Source: Spirochaetales bacterium | GTDB lineage: Bacteria; Spirochaetota; Spirochaetia; JABEVK01 | DNA: 64,000 bases | Assembly: GCA_037142615.1 (NCBI GenBank) | Contig: JBAXAI010000012.1 | Coordinates: forward strand, 26,415-90,414 | Direction: 5' to 3' | In this document: positions 29,735 through 38,849 of the stretch, piece after piece | Layout: each line of letters begins with the position of its first letter | Numbering within the stretch: the stretch's first letter is position 1 | The notes under the pieces: model-generated | The model's input: the letters and a program-made list of their open reading frames with translations, nothing else | Told to the model about the DNA's origin: nothing | The model's database searches: none | Program-made: the position numbers and the translations under genes

Positions 29735-30460
29735 CTACACCACGACGGGTGCCTTGAGAAGGGTTGGAGCAGGACGCCGCGCCCCGATGACGCTCGCGGC
29801 CGTCACGCTCAGCAAGATGAGCGCACCACCGGCCAGCGTCCAGCCCGACGGAGCCTCGCCGAGCGCCAGGAACACCCACACGGGGTTGAACAGCGGCTCG
29901 ATCACGACGAGCAGGCTTCCCGTGGTAGCCGACACCCGCTTGATGCCGTAGCTGAAGAACAGCGCGGCCAGGCCCATCTGCACTACGCCCAAGGCCACGA
30001 TGAGCCCGATCGAGAGCGGCGTGAACACCGGCAGTGGCTGAAAGGCCGCGATTCCCAGCGTGCCAAAGGCCGCCAAAAATTGCGACAGCAGCATCGAGTG
30101 CACCGGGTTACCGTCCTTTTGACGGCGGGTCAGGATGATCATGAACGCGAAGGCCAGCCCCGAGGCCAGCGCGGCCAGGTTGCCCCACAGCGCGCCGGGC
30201 CCCAGTTTGTCGGCGAAGAGCAGCACCAGACCAGCCAGCGTGGCCACCAGCGCGACAATTTGTTCCGGGTGAAGCTTTTCGCGCAGAAACCAGATGGCCA
30301 GCAGCGCCGTCGGCACTGGCGCCCAGTATTGGATGAGGATGGCATTGGCCGAGGTGGTCATTTTGTTGGCCAACACGAACAGAACCATGCACACGGCGTT
30401 CGCGACGGCCGCCAGCACCAGCGTGGGGCTCCAAGCGATCTTCCAGGGGCGGACGACCAC
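29735..30460 (-). CDS. EamA/DMT-family transporter (homology continues upstream to about 30592 with no ATG/GTG/TTG start)
   Basis: Polytopic membrane protein with EamA-like repeats. In-frame upstream 44 codons encode a typical first TM (LKGSLALVACAFFWSTAGLFIKLL...) but only a CTG is available as start. Confidence 0.55.
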   Translation of the reverse strand: MVVRPWKIAWSPTLVLAAVANAVCMVLFVLANKMTTSANAILIQYWAPVPTALLAIWFLREKLHPEQIVALVATLAGLVLLFADKLGPGALWGNLAALASGLAFAFMIILTRRQKDGNPVHSMLLSQFLAAFGTLGIAAFQPLPVFTPLSIGLIVALGVVQMGLAALFFSYGIKRVSATTGSLLVVIEPLFNPVWVFLALGEAPSGWTLAGGALILLSVTAASVIGARRPAPTLLKAPVVV

Positions 30461-30588
30461 GAGCAGGAACAGCCCCGCGATCAGGCTCCGCAGGCCGGCG
30501 ATCCAAAAAGGGCTCCAGTCGAGCAGCTTGATGAACAGGCCGGCCGTGCTCCAGAAGAACGCGCAGGCGACGAGGGCGAGGGAACCTT

Positions 30589-32622
30589 TCAGGCCAGCCC
30601 CCGCTGCTTCAACAGAGCGCCGATCTGTGGGTCGCGGCCCCGGAAGTTACGGAAGGCCTGCGCCGGTTCGACCGAGTTGCCGATGCTGAGGATGGTCGCC
30701 TTGAGCTTGGCTGCCAACTCGGGATCGAACAGGTCGCCCTTCTCCTCGAAGGCGGCGAACACGTCGGCTTCGAGCACTTCTGCCCACATGTACACGTAGT
30801 ACCCGGCCGCGTAGCCTTCGCCCGTGAACAGGTGCTGAAAGTGCGGCAGGCGGTGGCGCAAGCCGATCTCGTCGGGCACACCCAGCCGCTTGGATTCCTC
30901 GCGCTCAAAGGTGGCGGCGTCGAAGCCCGCCGCATCGGGCAAACTGTGAAGCGCCATGTCGAGCAGGGCTGGTCCCAGGTACTGCACGGTTTCCCAGCCC
31001 ATATTGAAGGTGCGGGCCTTGCGGATCTTCTTGACCAGAGCGGGAGGGATGCTGGCTCCGGTCTTCACATGCTTGGCGAACTTGGCCAGCACCTCGGGCG
31101 CGAGAGCCCAGTGCTCATTGAGTTGGCTGGGCAGCTCGACGAAGTCCTGCAGAACGTTGGTGCCGCTCAGGCCCTCATATTTCACGCGGCTGAGCAGGCC
31201 GTGGAGGCCGTGGCCGAACTCGTGGAACAGCGTCTCGACGTCGTCGAAGCTGAGCAAGACGGGCTCGCCGGGTTTGCCGTGATTAAAGTTGTTGTTGTTG
31301 CTCACGATGGGCACCACGCCCTCGCTCTGCTCGCGGTAGTTGCTCATCCACGCGCCGGAATGCTTGCCGGTGCGGGAATAGTTGTCGCTGATGAAAATGC
31401 CCTGCAGGCTGCCATCGGCGTTGCGCACCTCGAACAGGCGGGCGTCGGGGTGGTACAGCGCTGCCTTGCCGGTCACCTCGGCAAACTCGACCTGGTACAG
31501 GCGGCTGGCCGTGTGGAACATCGCCTGCAGCATGTTGTCGAGCACGAAGTAGGGCTTGATTTCGCCGTCGTCGAGTTGGTAGTCACGCACGCGCACCTTT
31601 TCCGCGTAGTAGCGCCAGTCCCAGGCCTCAAGAGCGGTCAGACCATCGGCCTTGGCCACCGAGAGCAGCAACTGATATTCCTCGCGGGATCGCTTCAGCG
31701 CGGCCGGCCACACCTGCTCGAGCAGGCCCGCGACGTTGGCGGGGGTCTTGGCCATGCGGCTCACCAGAGCGTAGTCGGCGTAGCTTTTGTACCCGTGGAT
31801 GTGGGCCATCTCGGTGCGCAGCGCCAAGATTTCGGCAATCAGCGGCTTGGTGTCGCGCTCGGGGTGCATTTCGCCCCGGGCCGAAAACTGGTCGTACACC
31901 TTTTTGCGCAGATCGCGGCGGCTCGAGCGGGTCAAAAAGGGCTCGACAAAGGAACGGCTGGTGGTGAGGGCCCACTTTCCGGGGTGGTCGTGTTCCTTGG
32001 CGCACTCGGCGGCGGCCTCGATCAGGTCTTCGGGGAGCCCGGCGAGGTCAGCCTTGCTGTCGAGCACGATGAGCGTCGAATCCTCGTCGGCGAGCACGTA
32101 CTGCCCAAAGGTGGTGCATTTTTGCGACAACTGTTCGACCAGTTCGGCGAGGCGGGCCTTTTTGGCGGCGTCAAGCTTGGCACCCGCGAGCACGAAGTCG
32201 AGGTGGATCCGCTCGGTCAGGCGAATCTGCACAGGGTCGAGACCGCCGGAGTGGCGTGTGCTGTGCACCGCATCGACGCGGGCGAACAGGGCCGCATCGA
32301 GGTAGAACTTTTGCTGGTAGACAGCCAGCTTCGGACTGTATTCCATTTCGATGGCTTGCAGGGCCTCGTTGGTCAGGTTGCTCGTCAGGTTGCCGAACAC
32401 GCCGTACACTCGGCTCAGCGTGGCCCCTGCCCGGTCGAAGGGCTCGAGGGTGTTGGCGAACGTTGGCGCGTTCCGATTGCTAGTGATAGCTGCCACGTCG
32501 GCCGACCCTTCGGCCATGGCGGCGTCGAGGGCTGCGGCGTAGTGTTCGGTTTGAATCAAGTCGAAGGGGGGTAGGCCGTAGGGCGTGTTCCACGGCATAA
32601 GCAGGGGGTTGGTGGTGCTCAT
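30589..32622 (-). CDS. dcp: peptidyl-dipeptidase Dcp / oligopeptidase A-type M3 zinc metallopeptidase
   Basis: 677 aa from ATG at 32622. HEFGHGLH zinc-binding HExxH plus downstream Glu. M3-family length and motif spacing. Confidence 0.85.
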   Translation of the reverse strand: MSTTNPLLMPWNTPYGLPPFDLIQTEHYAAALDAAMAEGSADVAAITSNRNAPTFANTLEPFDRAGATLSRVYGVFGNLTSNLTNEALQAIEMEYSPKLAVYQQKFYLDAALFARVDAVHSTRHSGGLDPVQIRLTERIHLDFVLAGAKLDAAKKARLAELVEQLSQKCTTFGQYVLADEDSTLIVLDSKADLAGLPEDLIEAAAECAKEHDHPGKWALTTSRSFVEPFLTRSSRRDLRKKVYDQFSARGEMHPERDTKPLIAEILALRTEMAHIHGYKSYADYALVSRMAKTPANVAGLLEQVWPAALKRSREEYQLLLSVAKADGLTALEAWDWRYYAEKVRVRDYQLDDGEIKPYFVLDNMLQAMFHTASRLYQVEFAEVTGKAALYHPDARLFEVRNADGSLQGIFISDNYSRTGKHSGAWMSNYREQSEGVVPIVSNNNNFNHGKPGEPVLLSFDDVETLFHEFGHGLHGLLSRVKYEGLSGTNVLQDFVELPSQLNEHWALAPEVLAKFAKHVKTGASIPPALVKKIRKARTFNMGWETVQYLGPALLDMALHSLPDAAGFDAATFEREESKRLGVPDEIGLRHRLPHFQHLFTGEGYAAGYYVYMWAEVLEADVFAAFEEKGDLFDPELAAKLKATILSIGNSVEPAQAFRNFRGRDPQIGALLKQRGLA

Positions 32623-33135
32623 AAGGTGACTAGGATAAACCGATTGTGGGGCGAGTGTCAGCCGTTCAAAGCGGTAGTACCGGTCGGCGAGCTCCTGCAG
32701 GTTTTCTTCGATATGCCTCAAGGCGTACATCCACTCGGCCAGTTCTGACTTTTCGCCCTCGGGCAGTTTTCGCAATTCCAGAAAATGCAGCACGCTCACG
32801 CTGACCACGGGCATGAGCCTACGGTACTGATCACCTTCGTAGATCTGCTCTGTGTAGCTCTTGGCCCAGTAGTACAGGCTGCGCTCACCGTATTCTGCCT
32901 GACTTCGGACCTGCACCTCGACGTTGATCACCGTGCCGGATGTCGATCACCGTGGGCTTGGCGGAATAGTATTCGAGCTCACCGATCGGGTTGACGATCT
33001 CGAGCGACGAAAACTCCTCCATTCCCGCGTGCCGCTGCACCGCGTTGGCGGCCAAAGCGTGGAAGGCCACCCCGGGGCAAGCCGAGATCCCGGTGGGCGC
33101 TTTGGCGCCCGACCGAAGCTCGGCTGGGGGGCGGG
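32623..33135 (-). pseudogene. frameshifted, internally deleted paralogue of the Rpn/TIGR01784-type PD-(D/E)XK 'transposase' gene
   Basis: N-terminal part in one frame (…LEIVNPIGELEYYSAKPTVIDI) and C-terminal part (INVEVQ…ERSLYYWAKSY…) in another, which runs in-frame into the dcp ORF call. Homologous to intact neighbour at 33238. Junction has a 19-nt near-duplication. Confidence 0.5.
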
Positions 33136-33237
33136 TCGGAGGGACCATCGGCCGGGAAAGCGTTGCCGCCCCCCGATTCTTCTGGATTTCTGGAAGCAAA
33201 CGCCTTCATTTCCCTGTCTTGCTGGGTGGAGGTTTCT

Positions 33238-34074
33238 ATGCCGTATTCTCCCATGACCAACGACCGTGTGTTCCGCTATGTTTTTGGTGAGCCCGAAGGC
33301 TTGCCGGTGCTCAAGAGTCTGATCAATGCCTACTTCGACCTCGCGAAACTGCCGCCGGTCGTCGAACTCGAACTGCTCAATCCCGACCTCGGACCCGAAA
33401 CTCTTGGAGAGAAAAGGACCGCGCTGGACGTTCTGGCCCAGGACGAAACCGGACGGAAGATCAATGTCGAAATCCAGACCAGCCGCAAACCGGCTTTCGC
33501 GGAAAGGAGTTTGTTTTACTGGGCGAGGCTCTATGGCCGACAACTTCCGGAAGGTGAGAACTACGTGAGCCTGAGGCCCGTGGCCACTATCAACTTCCTC
33601 GAGTACGAGATCGACCCCGCAGGTCCAGCCATTGGCGAGTACCGCCTGCCCTTCACCGACCATTTGGTGCTGTTCCAGGTCGAGTTGCCGAAGTTCGTGG
33701 GAAAGGCCGCCGAGGGCTTGAATCCGGCCGAACTTTGGGGCAAATTCCTCGAAGAGCCACGGAGCTCGGGACTAACGCGGGAACTGCCGCAGGCGCAGGC
33801 CCTGAATGCCGCCCGTGACCGAATGGAGGCCTTTATGTCGCTTACGCCCGATGTTGTCCGCGAAATCCAGCTGTCGATGTACGACCATGACATCGCCACC
33901 CTCAAGAAGATGGCCGAGCTAGAAGGTAGAGCCAAAGGCAAGGCTGAAGGTCATGCCGAGGGGCTGGAGGAAGGTCTGGCCGTGAAGTCGCTGGCCGTGG
34001 ACGAGATGGTCCGACGGCTCAAAGCCGAGGGCCTATCCCAAGAGTCAATCCGCAGGCTCGTCGAAGGACTGTAG
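33238..34074 (+). CDS. Rpn-family / TIGR01784-type PD-(D/E)XK nuclease 'putative transposase'
   Basis: 278 aa from ATG 33238 (GGAGG RBS). Conserved block D...GRKINVEIQ...ERSLFYWARLY typical of this family. Confidence 0.65.
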   Translation: MPYSPMTNDRVFRYVFGEPEGLPVLKSLINAYFDLAKLPPVVELELLNPDLGPETLGEKRTALDVLAQDETGRKINVEIQTSRKPAFAERSLFYWARLYGRQLPEGENYVSLRPVATINFLEYEIDPAGPAIGEYRLPFTDHLVLFQVELPKFVGKAAEGLNPAELWGKFLEEPRSSGLTRELPQAQALNAARDRMEAFMSLTPDVVREIQLSMYDHDIATLKKMAELEGRAKGKAEGHAEGLEEGLAVKSLAVDEMVRRLKAEGLSQESIRRLVEGL

Positions 34075-34089
34075 CGAAAATCCCACCCC

Positions 34090-35757
34090 CTACCCCACCG
34101 TGAAGCGCTTGATTTTCTTGGTCGAGGTCATCTCCATGGGCTCGGCCACGAAGGTGGTCTTGGTGATCTTCTGCCACACGTGCAGCCCGGTGTTAACCTC
34201 GCTGACGATGGCGGCCAGGCGCTCGTCGGTGGGGCGCTTGGGTTCCTGCTGGGGGTAGATGACGGCTTCGATGCCCTCGGCCCGGGTGGCCTCGTCGACC
34301 ACGTAACCGCGCACCAAAATCTGGTCCACCTCGGAAAACAGCTGAAAACGGTCCTCGATTTCCTCGGGGTACACGTTCTTGCCACCCTCGGTGACGATAA
34401 GGTTCTTGGCTCGCCCGGTAAGGTACACGTAGTGCTCGTCGTCGATGTAGCCGACGTCGCCGGTGTTGAGCCAGCCGTCGGAGCTCAGCACTTCGGCGGT
34501 AGCCTCGGGATTCTGGTAGTACCCCTTCATCACCATGGGACCGCGCAGCGCGATGACGCCCTGACCGTTGGAATCGGGCTCGAGGATCTTGAGCTCGACC
34601 TGCGGGATGAGCGAACCGACGCTGGTCTCTTTGTAGTGCCAGGTGGGGTTGATGGTGACGATGGGGCTGGTCTCGGTAAGGCCGTAGCCCTGCACAAAAT
34701 CGACGCCCAGTTGGTTGAAGCCGCGGAACGTCGACGCGGGCAGCGGTCCGCCCCCCGAGATACAGATGCGGATGTCGGCCAGCCCGGCCTGCGAAAGCAC
34801 GGCGCCGAACAGGGCCTTGCCGGGGTTGAGTCCGGTGGTCTTCTTGAGCAGGCCGCTGACACTCATCAGGAACCGCAAAACTCCGTTCACCACCGGACCC
34901 TTGTCTTTGATGCCTTTGAGGATGCCGGCCAGCAGGCGGTTGAACAGCAGGGGTACGCCCAAAAACATCGTGACCTTGGCCTGTTTGAGATCCTTGAGGA
35001 TCTGCGACACGACCATCTTTTTGCCGAAGACGACTTCGGCGCCGCACGACATCGACACCAGAAACACCGCGACCAAAGTATAGCTGTGGTGGATGGGCAA
35101 AAGAGCGTAGAACACGTCGGTGGGGAACAACGGCATGTTGTATTGCGCCAGAAAGGCGTCGCTGACGAGATTTTCGTGGGTGAGCATGACGCCTTTTGGA
35201 TTGCCCGTGGTGCCACTGGTGTACAGCAGCGCGGCCAGGTCGTCGCCCCGGCGCAGCGGCGCGGCAAGGGGCGCCAGAGCGGGCTCGGGCGAGGCTTCCA
35301 GACTCAGCAACTGCACTCCGTCGGGGATTCCGGCTTGCGTGAGCACTTCCAGGCGGTCTTGGTCGGCCCACAGCATCCGCGCGCCGCTAGCAACCAAAAG
35401 GGCCCTCACTTCCTCGCCCTTGAGGCTTGCGTCGAGGGGCACCACAACGGCGTCACAAAACAGGATGGCGAAAAAACCCAACGCCCACTCGGGACTGTTC
35501 TTGCCGCAAAGCCCAACCCTGTCGCCGGGAGCGACTCCGCGCCGCCGCAGATCGGCAGCCCAAACGAGCATGCGCTGGTGCGCCCTGGCGTAGGTGATGT
35601 GCTCCTCGTCTGGATCAAACACCGTGAAGCAAGCCCGGTCGGGGAACTTCTGGGCCGTTTGGGTAAACATTTCGGGCAGCGAAGGCCAAGCGGCAAGATG
35701 CGACCACGGAGCGGGGCCCACGCGGGCAGGTCGGGGGGCGAGATTTGGAATGTCCAT
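34090..35757 (-). CDS. long-chain fatty-acid--CoA ligase (AMP-binding enzyme family)
   Basis: AMP-binding signature LLYTSGTTGNPKGVMLTHENL, YGLTE, and C-terminal GWLNTGD...TGRAKNLI motifs. 555 aa. Confidence 0.8.
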   Translation of the reverse strand: MDIPNLAPRPARVGPAPWSHLAAWPSLPEMFTQTAQKFPDRACFTVFDPDEEHITYARAHQRMLVWAADLRRRGVAPGDRVGLCGKNSPEWALGFFAILFCDAVVVPLDASLKGEEVRALLVASGARMLWADQDRLEVLTQAGIPDGVQLLSLEASPEPALAPLAAPLRRGDDLAALLYTSGTTGNPKGVMLTHENLVSDAFLAQYNMPLFPTDVFYALLPIHHSYTLVAVFLVSMSCGAEVVFGKKMVVSQILKDLKQAKVTMFLGVPLLFNRLLAGILKGIKDKGPVVNGVLRFLMSVSGLLKKTTGLNPGKALFGAVLSQAGLADIRICISGGGPLPASTFRGFNQLGVDFVQGYGLTETSPIVTINPTWHYKETSVGSLIPQVELKILEPDSNGQGVIALRGPMVMKGYYQNPEATAEVLSSDGWLNTGDVGYIDDEHYVYLTGRAKNLIVTEGGKNVYPEEIEDRFQLFSEVDQILVRGYVVDEATRAEGIEAVIYPQQEPKRPTDERLAAIVSEVNTGLHVWQKITKTTFVAEPMEMTSTKKIKRFTVG

Positions 35758-35773
35758 AAAAATGAGTGTAACC

Positions 35774-36619
35774 CTACCGGTCGGATTTGCGAAGCGACAA
35801 CTTCCAACTCAGGCCCGTACCGATGTTGTAGGCGCGCGCGAACGAGCCCTGGTTGATGGCCACTGCGACGTTGAGCAGGCTGTTGATGTACACCAGCGGC
35901 TCGCCCACATGCACCGAGGCGAAGCTTTTGACGAACACCATGCTGTTGCGGTACAGCTCGCGCGTGTCGTTGCGGATGCTCACCTCGACCCGGTCGCCGT
36001 AACCGATGCCGAGCTTCTGGAACAGCGTGTGGGGAATGTTGCTCCACAGGCTGCCAAAGCGGACGTCGAGGGTGTCGACCGTGCCGCGCACTGCCCCGTC
36101 GTCAAAGGTGGCCGGCAAGTGGTCGAGTTCGATCACCGAGTCGATGGGCACCTCGGGGCCTACGGCTTCGGGGGCCAACTGCCCCGACGCGAGCCGGGCT
36201 CCGGTAAAGGCGTACACATCGCGACCGTGAAAGGTGTAACTGAGTTCGGAGCCCGCCAGGCGGTTGCTGGCCTCGTCGAGCACCCAAGCTTTTTCGAGTC
36301 CCAGGAGCAACTTGATATGGGTGAGCGTCCCGTTGTCGGGCGTGACGACGAGCTGCCCGCCCTTGGTGCGCGCTACCAGGCTGCGGCGCTGACTGCCCAC
36401 GCCGGGGTCGACCACGCTGACAAACACCGTGCCAGCCGGCCAGTAGCTGATGGTCTGCACCAGGCGGTAGCTCGCCTCCCAGATGTCGTACTGCGGAATC
36501 TCGTGCGTGAGGTTGTTGAGGTTGAGCTGGGGATCAACCTGGTAGGCCACCCCTTGCATGGCGCTCACGGCGCCGTCGGCGAGGCCGAAATCGGTTTGAA
36601 AAACGAGGGCTTGCGACAT
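35774..36619 (-). CDS. SAM hydroxide adenosyltransferase family protein (DUF62 / fluorinase-chlorinase-like fold)
   Basis: ATG 36619 with AGGAG RBS. N-terminal LVFQTDFGLADGAVSAMQGV...HEIPQYDI matches the conserved DUF62 start. Confidence 0.65.
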   Translation of the reverse strand: MSQALVFQTDFGLADGAVSAMQGVAYQVDPQLNLNNLTHEIPQYDIWEASYRLVQTISYWPAGTVFVSVVDPGVGSQRRSLVARTKGGQLVVTPDNGTLTHIKLLLGLEKAWVLDEASNRLAGSELSYTFHGRDVYAFTGARLASGQLAPEAVGPEVPIDSVIELDHLPATFDDGAVRGTVDTLDVRFGSLWSNIPHTLFQKLGIGYGDRVEVSIRNDTRELYRNSMVFVKSFASVHVGEPLVYINSLLNVAVAINQGSFARAYNIGTGLSWKLSLRKSDR

Positions 36620-36635
36620 GAAAACTCCTTGGCGC

Positions 36636-37445
36636 CTAGCGCCGGCTTCGGCCCAGCCGCTCTTCGAGCACACGGGCAGCGAGCGACAGGGTAATGGTCA
36701 GGCAGAGGTAGAAAAACGCCACGGCGTTGTAGGTTTCAAAAAACTGGAACGTGCTGGCCGCATACACCTTGCCCATTTGGGTGATGTCTTGCACGCCGAG
36801 CACCGACACGAGCGAGGAGTCCTTGATCATGGCGACCGACTCGTTCACCAGCGCCGGCAGCACGTTGCGGAACATTTGAGGCAGCACGATGTGGCGCAGC
36901 GTTTGCCAGCGGCTGAGGCCCAGCGCGAGGCCGGCCTCGGTTTGTCCCTTGTCGACGCTCTCGATGCCGGCGCGGAACACCTCGGCCAAAAACGCCGAGT
37001 ACCCCAGCGTGAGCGCGGTGACAGCGCGGGTGGTGAAGTCGATGTTGCGGGCCGACAGCGGCACCATCCAGCCCAACGCCTGCACAGGAAACAAGAAAAA
37101 GTTCAGGATTCCCGCGAGAACGGGCGTGGCCACAAACGCGATGTAGTAAAGGATGACCAGCATGGGCAACCCGCGCATCAGCTCGATGTAAAAGGTGGCG
37201 GCCTCGCGGGCCAAGCGCCACGGGCTCCCCTTGAGCAGGGCCAGCCCGAGACCCAGGAACAGACTGATGACGTAGGCGATCATCGCCACAAGAACGGTGA
37301 TTCCGATGCCCGACGCGGTCACCTCAAAAATGACGCGCGACTGGGGGCTCGACAGGGCCGACGTGAGACCGAGGGCCCCCAGCACAACGATGGTGATCAG
37401 CCACCACGGCCAGGGCGCGCGCGAACGCGCCGGGGACCGGAGCAC
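36636..37445 (-). CDS. polar amino-acid ABC transporter permease (HisM/GlnP family), orphan (no adjacent ATPase or binding protein)
   Basis: GTG start overlapping upstream stop (CTAG/GTG). Conserved EAAxxxG-like block EAGLALGLSRWQTLRHIVLPQ. Confidence 0.65.
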   Translation of the reverse strand: MLRSPARSRAPWPWWLITIVVLGALGLTSALSSPQSRVIFEVTASGIGITVLVAMIAYVISLFLGLGLALLKGSPWRLAREAATFYIELMRGLPMLVILYYIAFVATPVLAGILNFFLFPVQALGWMVPLSARNIDFTTRAVTALTLGYSAFLAEVFRAGIESVDKGQTEAGLALGLSRWQTLRHIVLPQMFRNVLPALVNESVAMIKDSSLVSVLGVQDITQMGKVYAASTFQFFETYNAVAFFYLCLTITLSLAARVLEERLGRSRR

Positions 37446-38188
37446 TAGTCTTTCCAGGGAAAAATCATGCCACGGAGGCTGCGCGGACCCAACCGATCGA
37501 GGTCCTCGGCAAGGATTTGCTTCCAGGGCAAGGGTTTCTTCTTGTCCCAGTCCGGGTTCTTCTCCATCCATTCGTAGCGGGTGAGCAGGAACCGGAACGC
37601 CACCTGCAACCAAACATGCACGCCGAGAATACCAGGAAAAAAGCCGAGCGTGACGACCGAGAGGCCCAGAAACAGCACGGTGAAGATGAACAGGATCAGC
37701 GACTGCAGAGGGTGGGCCATGAACAGCATGAAACTCTTGCGCGCCAGCGACTTGAGATTACCCCCGACCTGCGCCTGAAGTCCCGAAAGGTACAAGCTCA
37801 TCCCGAGCAGGAAGAACGCGCCCCAGAACATGACGGCGCCAAACCCCATGCCCGCCCACTGATTGAGCGCCGAGTAGAACGGCACACCGAACACGAAGCC
37901 GGTGCCCAGAAGAATCCAAACGACCGAAGTGGCCAGCGAAGTCTTCCACGAGGCCTTGAAGTGCGGCCAGGCGTCGCGCCAACGAAAGGCGCCAGAAACC
38001 ACCAGGTCCTTGGCCCAGAAGCTCGCGATGCCGCCGAGCAGAAGGCACAACGTCATCCCCAGAGGGAAGAACAGCGGCAATGCGCCGGTGCCCAGCAGGG
38101 CGGTGGTAAACAAAAAGTTGACCAAAAGGACCATGAACAGTTGGTCCCACAGGTCGAAGAACGCTTTTTTGATGGCGAAAGGAAACAT
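37445..38188 (-). CDS. hypothetical membrane protein (YesL/DUF624-like, 6 TM)
   Basis: 247 aa hydrophobic protein. Family assignment from memory only. Confidence 0.45.
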   Translation of the reverse strand: MFPFAIKKAFFDLWDQLFMVLLVNFLFTTALLGTGALPLFFPLGMTLCLLLGGIASFWAKDLVVSGAFRWRDAWPHFKASWKTSLATSVVWILLGTGFVFGVPFYSALNQWAGMGFGAVMFWGAFFLLGMSLYLSGLQAQVGGNLKSLARKSFMLFMAHPLQSLILFIFTVLFLGLSVVTLGFFPGILGVHVWLQVAFRFLLTRYEWMEKNPDWDKKKPLPWKQILAEDLDRLGPRSLRGMIFPWKD

Positions 38189-38197
38189 GTCGAGAGT

Positions 38198-38734
38198 CTA
38201 CCCCAACCGACCGCTCGACAACAAGAACCGCCAGAAGGCCTGGAGCGACGGGAAAGCGAGGTCGGCGAGGTCGACGTCGCGGGGGTTCAGCCAGACGAGC
38301 CTCGTCACCTCGGCCGGGTCGATCACCAGTTCGTCGGGGGGCGTGACCAGTTCGGCTTGAAAGTAAAAGTCGCAGGTGTGGTACCACGCCTTGCCAAACG
38401 TGTACTGGTTGGGGAACGAGGCCAGCAACACAGGTGTGCCGACCTGGCCACCGACTTCTTCGCGCACTTCGCGGGCCAAGGACTGCTCGGCACTTTCGCC
38501 GGGATCGGTGAAGCCCCCGGGTAGACCGAGTTTGCCCTTGGACGGTTCGAGGGCCCGTTCGATGAACAGGGCCTTGCCTTCGTGCATCAGAAGGGCTCCG
38601 ACCGCCGTCGCGACGCTGTGAAAATAACGGAAGCCGCAGGCGGGGCACCGAAACTCGTGCTGGCGCAGGAACTCGATGCCTTTTTGGCCGCACGAGGGGC
38701 AGAAAGTGAACGGAGAAGGCCGGGGGGTTTGCAT
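38198..38734 (-). CDS. NUDIX hydrolase with N-terminal zinc-ribbon
   Basis: 178 aa from ATG 38734. CPSCG...CPACG zinc ribbon. Nudix box GGFTDPGESAEQSLAREVREEVG. Confidence 0.7.
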   Translation of the reverse strand: MQTPRPSPFTFCPSCGQKGIEFLRQHEFRCPACGFRYFHSVATAVGALLMHEGKALFIERALEPSKGKLGLPGGFTDPGESAEQSLAREVREEVGGQVGTPVLLASFPNQYTFGKAWYHTCDFYFQAELVTPPDELVIDPAEVTRLVWLNPRDVDLADLAFPSLQAFWRFLLSSGRLG

Positions 38735-38751
38735 GGCCAGAGTGTAGCGCC

Positions 38752-38790
38752 TTGACCTGCCCTTGAACAACATTTGAACTCCCTTTGAAC
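38752..38790 (+). promoter_or_regulatory. four direct repeats TTGACC/TTGAAC/TTGAAC/TTGAAC at exact 11-bp spacing upstream of the OMP-like gene
   Basis: Seen directly at 38752, 38763, 38774, 38785. Same heptamer family (TTTGA[AC]C) as repeats near the two-component system. Confidence 0.45.
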
Positions 38791-38849
38791 CCCAGTGACG
38801 TTTAACCCTGCTAACGTGAATCCAACATATTTTTTTTGGAGGATTCTGC

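Noticed and set aside
30589-32931. Single 780-aa ORF as one protein
   Set aside because: The first about 103 aa are the in-frame C-terminal remnant of a decayed Rpn-like gene. The M3 peptidase starts at the internal ATG (32622).
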